This document shows, one piece after another, positions 61,481-64,000 of a stretch of DNA of 64,000 nt. The notes beneath the pieces were generated by a model. That model was not told the DNA's origin. It made no database searches and saw only the letters and a list, made by a program, of their open reading frames with translations. This stretch comes from Vicugna vicugna. Its lineage: Eukaryota. Location: positions 682,001 through 746,000 of the forward strand of contig MU058054.1 of NCBI GenBank assembly GCA_013265495.1, in the 5' to 3' direction. Numbering within the stretch: the first letter of the stretch is position 1; every line of letters begins with the position of its first letter. The position numbers were made by a program, and so were the translations under genes.

Positions 61481-63644
61481 CACTTCACTTGTAGTAGAGA
61501 ATTTGACACTTTGTGTTTGGAATTCAGATGCGTTTACCCATGGAAGCAATTGCTGGTCCTCAGGTTTCTAAAAGCGCGGAACCAGGTAGCTTGGTTGTAT
61601 GAGTAAACCAGGCTTCAGGGAATTATACGGGCAAAGCCAGCCATCAGGATGGCGTTGCTGCTTTGGGAAACGTTCATCCTTCTGTACGACTGGGACTTTG
61701 CTTCTGGGTCAGTCAGACTCCTGTACTTACACGAAGATCTTAAAGTAATTTACTGAGGAGAACATTGTTATTTCAGAAGTAGGGGCTACTGTACAGCTCA
61801 GCCAACATTCTTGAGCAACAGGATAGAGATGAGAGCTTGGGTCTTTGAATGTGCTTTACTCTGTAGCTGCTTGAGGTATTCTGAGTGGAGCCTTTTAGTT
61901 CACCCTGGGAATAAGTAAGAATTTTTGCCTAAGCAAAGTTGCTTATTTTGTTGTGGTCGGAGGACTCTGCCTTTGATGGGATTGTATATTTCCAAGTCTT
62001 TATTTTCTTCAAAGGAAGAAAGATTGGGCAGCAAGATTTAACCACAAGGGCCTAGAGTTGTCATCACAGAGGGATTCATGAAGTGGTCAGACTAAAGCAG
62101 TGATTTCACACGGTAATGGGGGTGAGGGAAGAACTCTGATTTCTTTTTAACTATGATCCTTAATATATTTCAAATTTTTGAAGTAATATTAAAAGAAGGC
62201 TCAAGATTTTTATCTTTATTAAAAGAGGGATGTTAAGTCATCAACCTAAGAATAAGGGAAGGAATAAATACAAGTTTACATTCTCTCCAGACCCAAAGGG
62301 ACTTAACACATTCGTGTTGTCTTCCTGTGTGTGTGTGTGTGTGTGAGTGAGTGAAATTAAAGCTCAAAGAGGTTGTGGTTTTCTAAGGTTGTTCAGCTCA
62401 TAAGAGCTGGGGAGCCAAGATTCAATTCTAGTTCTTTTATATATGTGAAATATGATGGACTTCTTGGTGACAGAACTGTAGGCATTCAAGGTGAAATTAG
62501 AAGATTTTACTACCAAAATGAGAACTATAGGGCTCAAAATAAGTTTACACTTTTTCTTTCATGGTAATTGGAGCCTTAGTAGATGAACTATGACAAGTTA
62601 ATAATAAATGAAAACGCCTCTGTCGGTGCCCAATTTTTTTTTAATCCATAGAGAATTTCTTTGAAATCTTAGACATTCTTTAGCTGTGGTTGATGAGTTA
62701 AATGATTATAAGGTTTTTGTCTTCCCGACAAATGGCATTCCAATAAACAAGGGTGGAGAGCTGGAGGAGAGACAGCAGTGGCGAAATACTGTGCATCAGC
62801 CCACGTTGCACAAAACCACGTATGATACAGAGAGTATCGTGTCATCCTAGAGGGTTCTGAGTGCTGTCTAGACTCAGACCTTTATTTCTGGACCATCTAA
62901 CTGCTTGTTTGTGTGTAGCCAGAGGTAAAAACGTCTAGAAACTATGCCTTGGTCATTTGGTTTATAAACAACTCGCTACCTTTTGCCCTGTATAATTCCT
63001 CAACAAAAAGTGACAGTAAATAATGAAATCTGATATAAAACCATTTTTTTTAAAGGTTACTGTGTGAAAATTGTTTTGAATGTGTCTGGCAAGAGTGGTA
63101 ATCCGGACACAGCGTCATATTTATGTCGGAGCCAGGGCACACAGATACCCCGACAGCCCTCTAAGCCAGGCTGAGGTGGGTGAGAACAGAGAGGACAGTT
63201 GTGAGACTCTTAAAGAGCCTTTGCGATGTTTTAGGTTCAGTAACAAATAGCATTTTTAGAGTTGGATTGTCCACACAGCCCTGCAGGCTGGTTCCACCCA
63301 CAGGTAGGGTAACGTGTGAACGTGCCCGGATCAGAATCAGTGTGCTCAGAGCAGGAAAACGTGACCGTTTGGTAGTAAAAACCACACTGCTAAACTGACA
63401 TAATAGGGTGGCCATTCTGGGTGAATTCTGCTGGGGCTGTTCAGGACTTTTGTTGGGGGGAAATGTGGGAATTGAGCACTGAGTTCTGCTCTTCCTAGCT
63501 ATCTGACTTTAAGCAAGTTCACTTTTCATCCCACGGATCGTTACTGAGGTCTTCACGTGTACCATCATTATTCTAGGTCTCTTAAACCTGTGGCCCAGTC
63601 ACCTCGTCATAAAACCAGGGCGTTATCTCCCAGCTCCCATGCTT

Positions 63645-64000
63645 TTTTAAGCAGCTTTACTGGGGTGTAATTTAAATACCATACAATCCACTGGGGGGTT
63701 TTAAGTGTAGACCATTTCTGTCATTCTAGAAGGAAACCTACCTATTAGCAGTCATTCTGCGTTCCCACCCCCCGCCCTGGGCAGCCACTGGTGTACTTTC
63801 CCTCTCTATAGAGTTGCCTTTTCTGGACATTGTACATAAAAGAAATCACGTAAGAGGGGGTCTCTTGTGTCTGGCTTCTTTTACTTACCTTGGTGTTTTT
63901 GAGACTCATCCGTGTTGCATGTACTGATGATCTATCATATGGCTAGACCACATTTTGTTTATCCATCATCTCTTGAGAGACATTTGGCTGTTTCCACTTT
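63645..64000 (-). mobile_element. L1MB-like 3' end (runs off the window)
   Basis: agcagctttactggggtgtaattta...tttccctctctatagagttgccttttctggacatt...ccacattttgtttatccatc. Confidence 0.75.

Noticed and set aside
57619..64000. AAGAB exon 2
   Set aside because: No ILGTEDLIVEVT-like coding segment was seen; it is presumably outside the window.

Overview
Mammalian genomic DNA, most likely a camelid (alpaca, llama or camel), judged from seven copies of a tRNA-Ala-derived SINE resembling Vic-1. The window covers the head-to-head IQCH/AAGAB locus. IQCH is on the - strand with coding exons 1-4 (57229-57279, 49847-49969, 48552-48643, 37346-37463); all splice sites are GT-AG and the phases join into 128 uninterrupted codons. 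AAGAB coding exon 1 is on the + strand (57546-57618). The two start codons are separated by only 266 bp in a CpG island carrying a perfect palindromic RFX X-box, GC boxes and ETS sites. Positions 1-37345 are IQCH intron 4 and 57619-64000 are AAGAB intron 1. The introns are filled with L1s, SINEs, MIR/L2, LTRs and DNA transposons, including a MULE/Ricksha-type fossil; there is a 52-N gap and a repeat-poor, enhancer-like block at about 19.9-25 kb. I found no clearly new biological system. The best leads are inverted L1s flanking a stop-free 333-nt exon block (candidate circRNA), an L1 abutting the exon-4 donor, an X-box that doubles as an in-frame Kozak ATG, and a PBX-HOX/MEIS/MEF2 motif cluster. 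Gene and repeat names come from recalled sequences, not database searches; repeat boundaries without TSDs are approximate.
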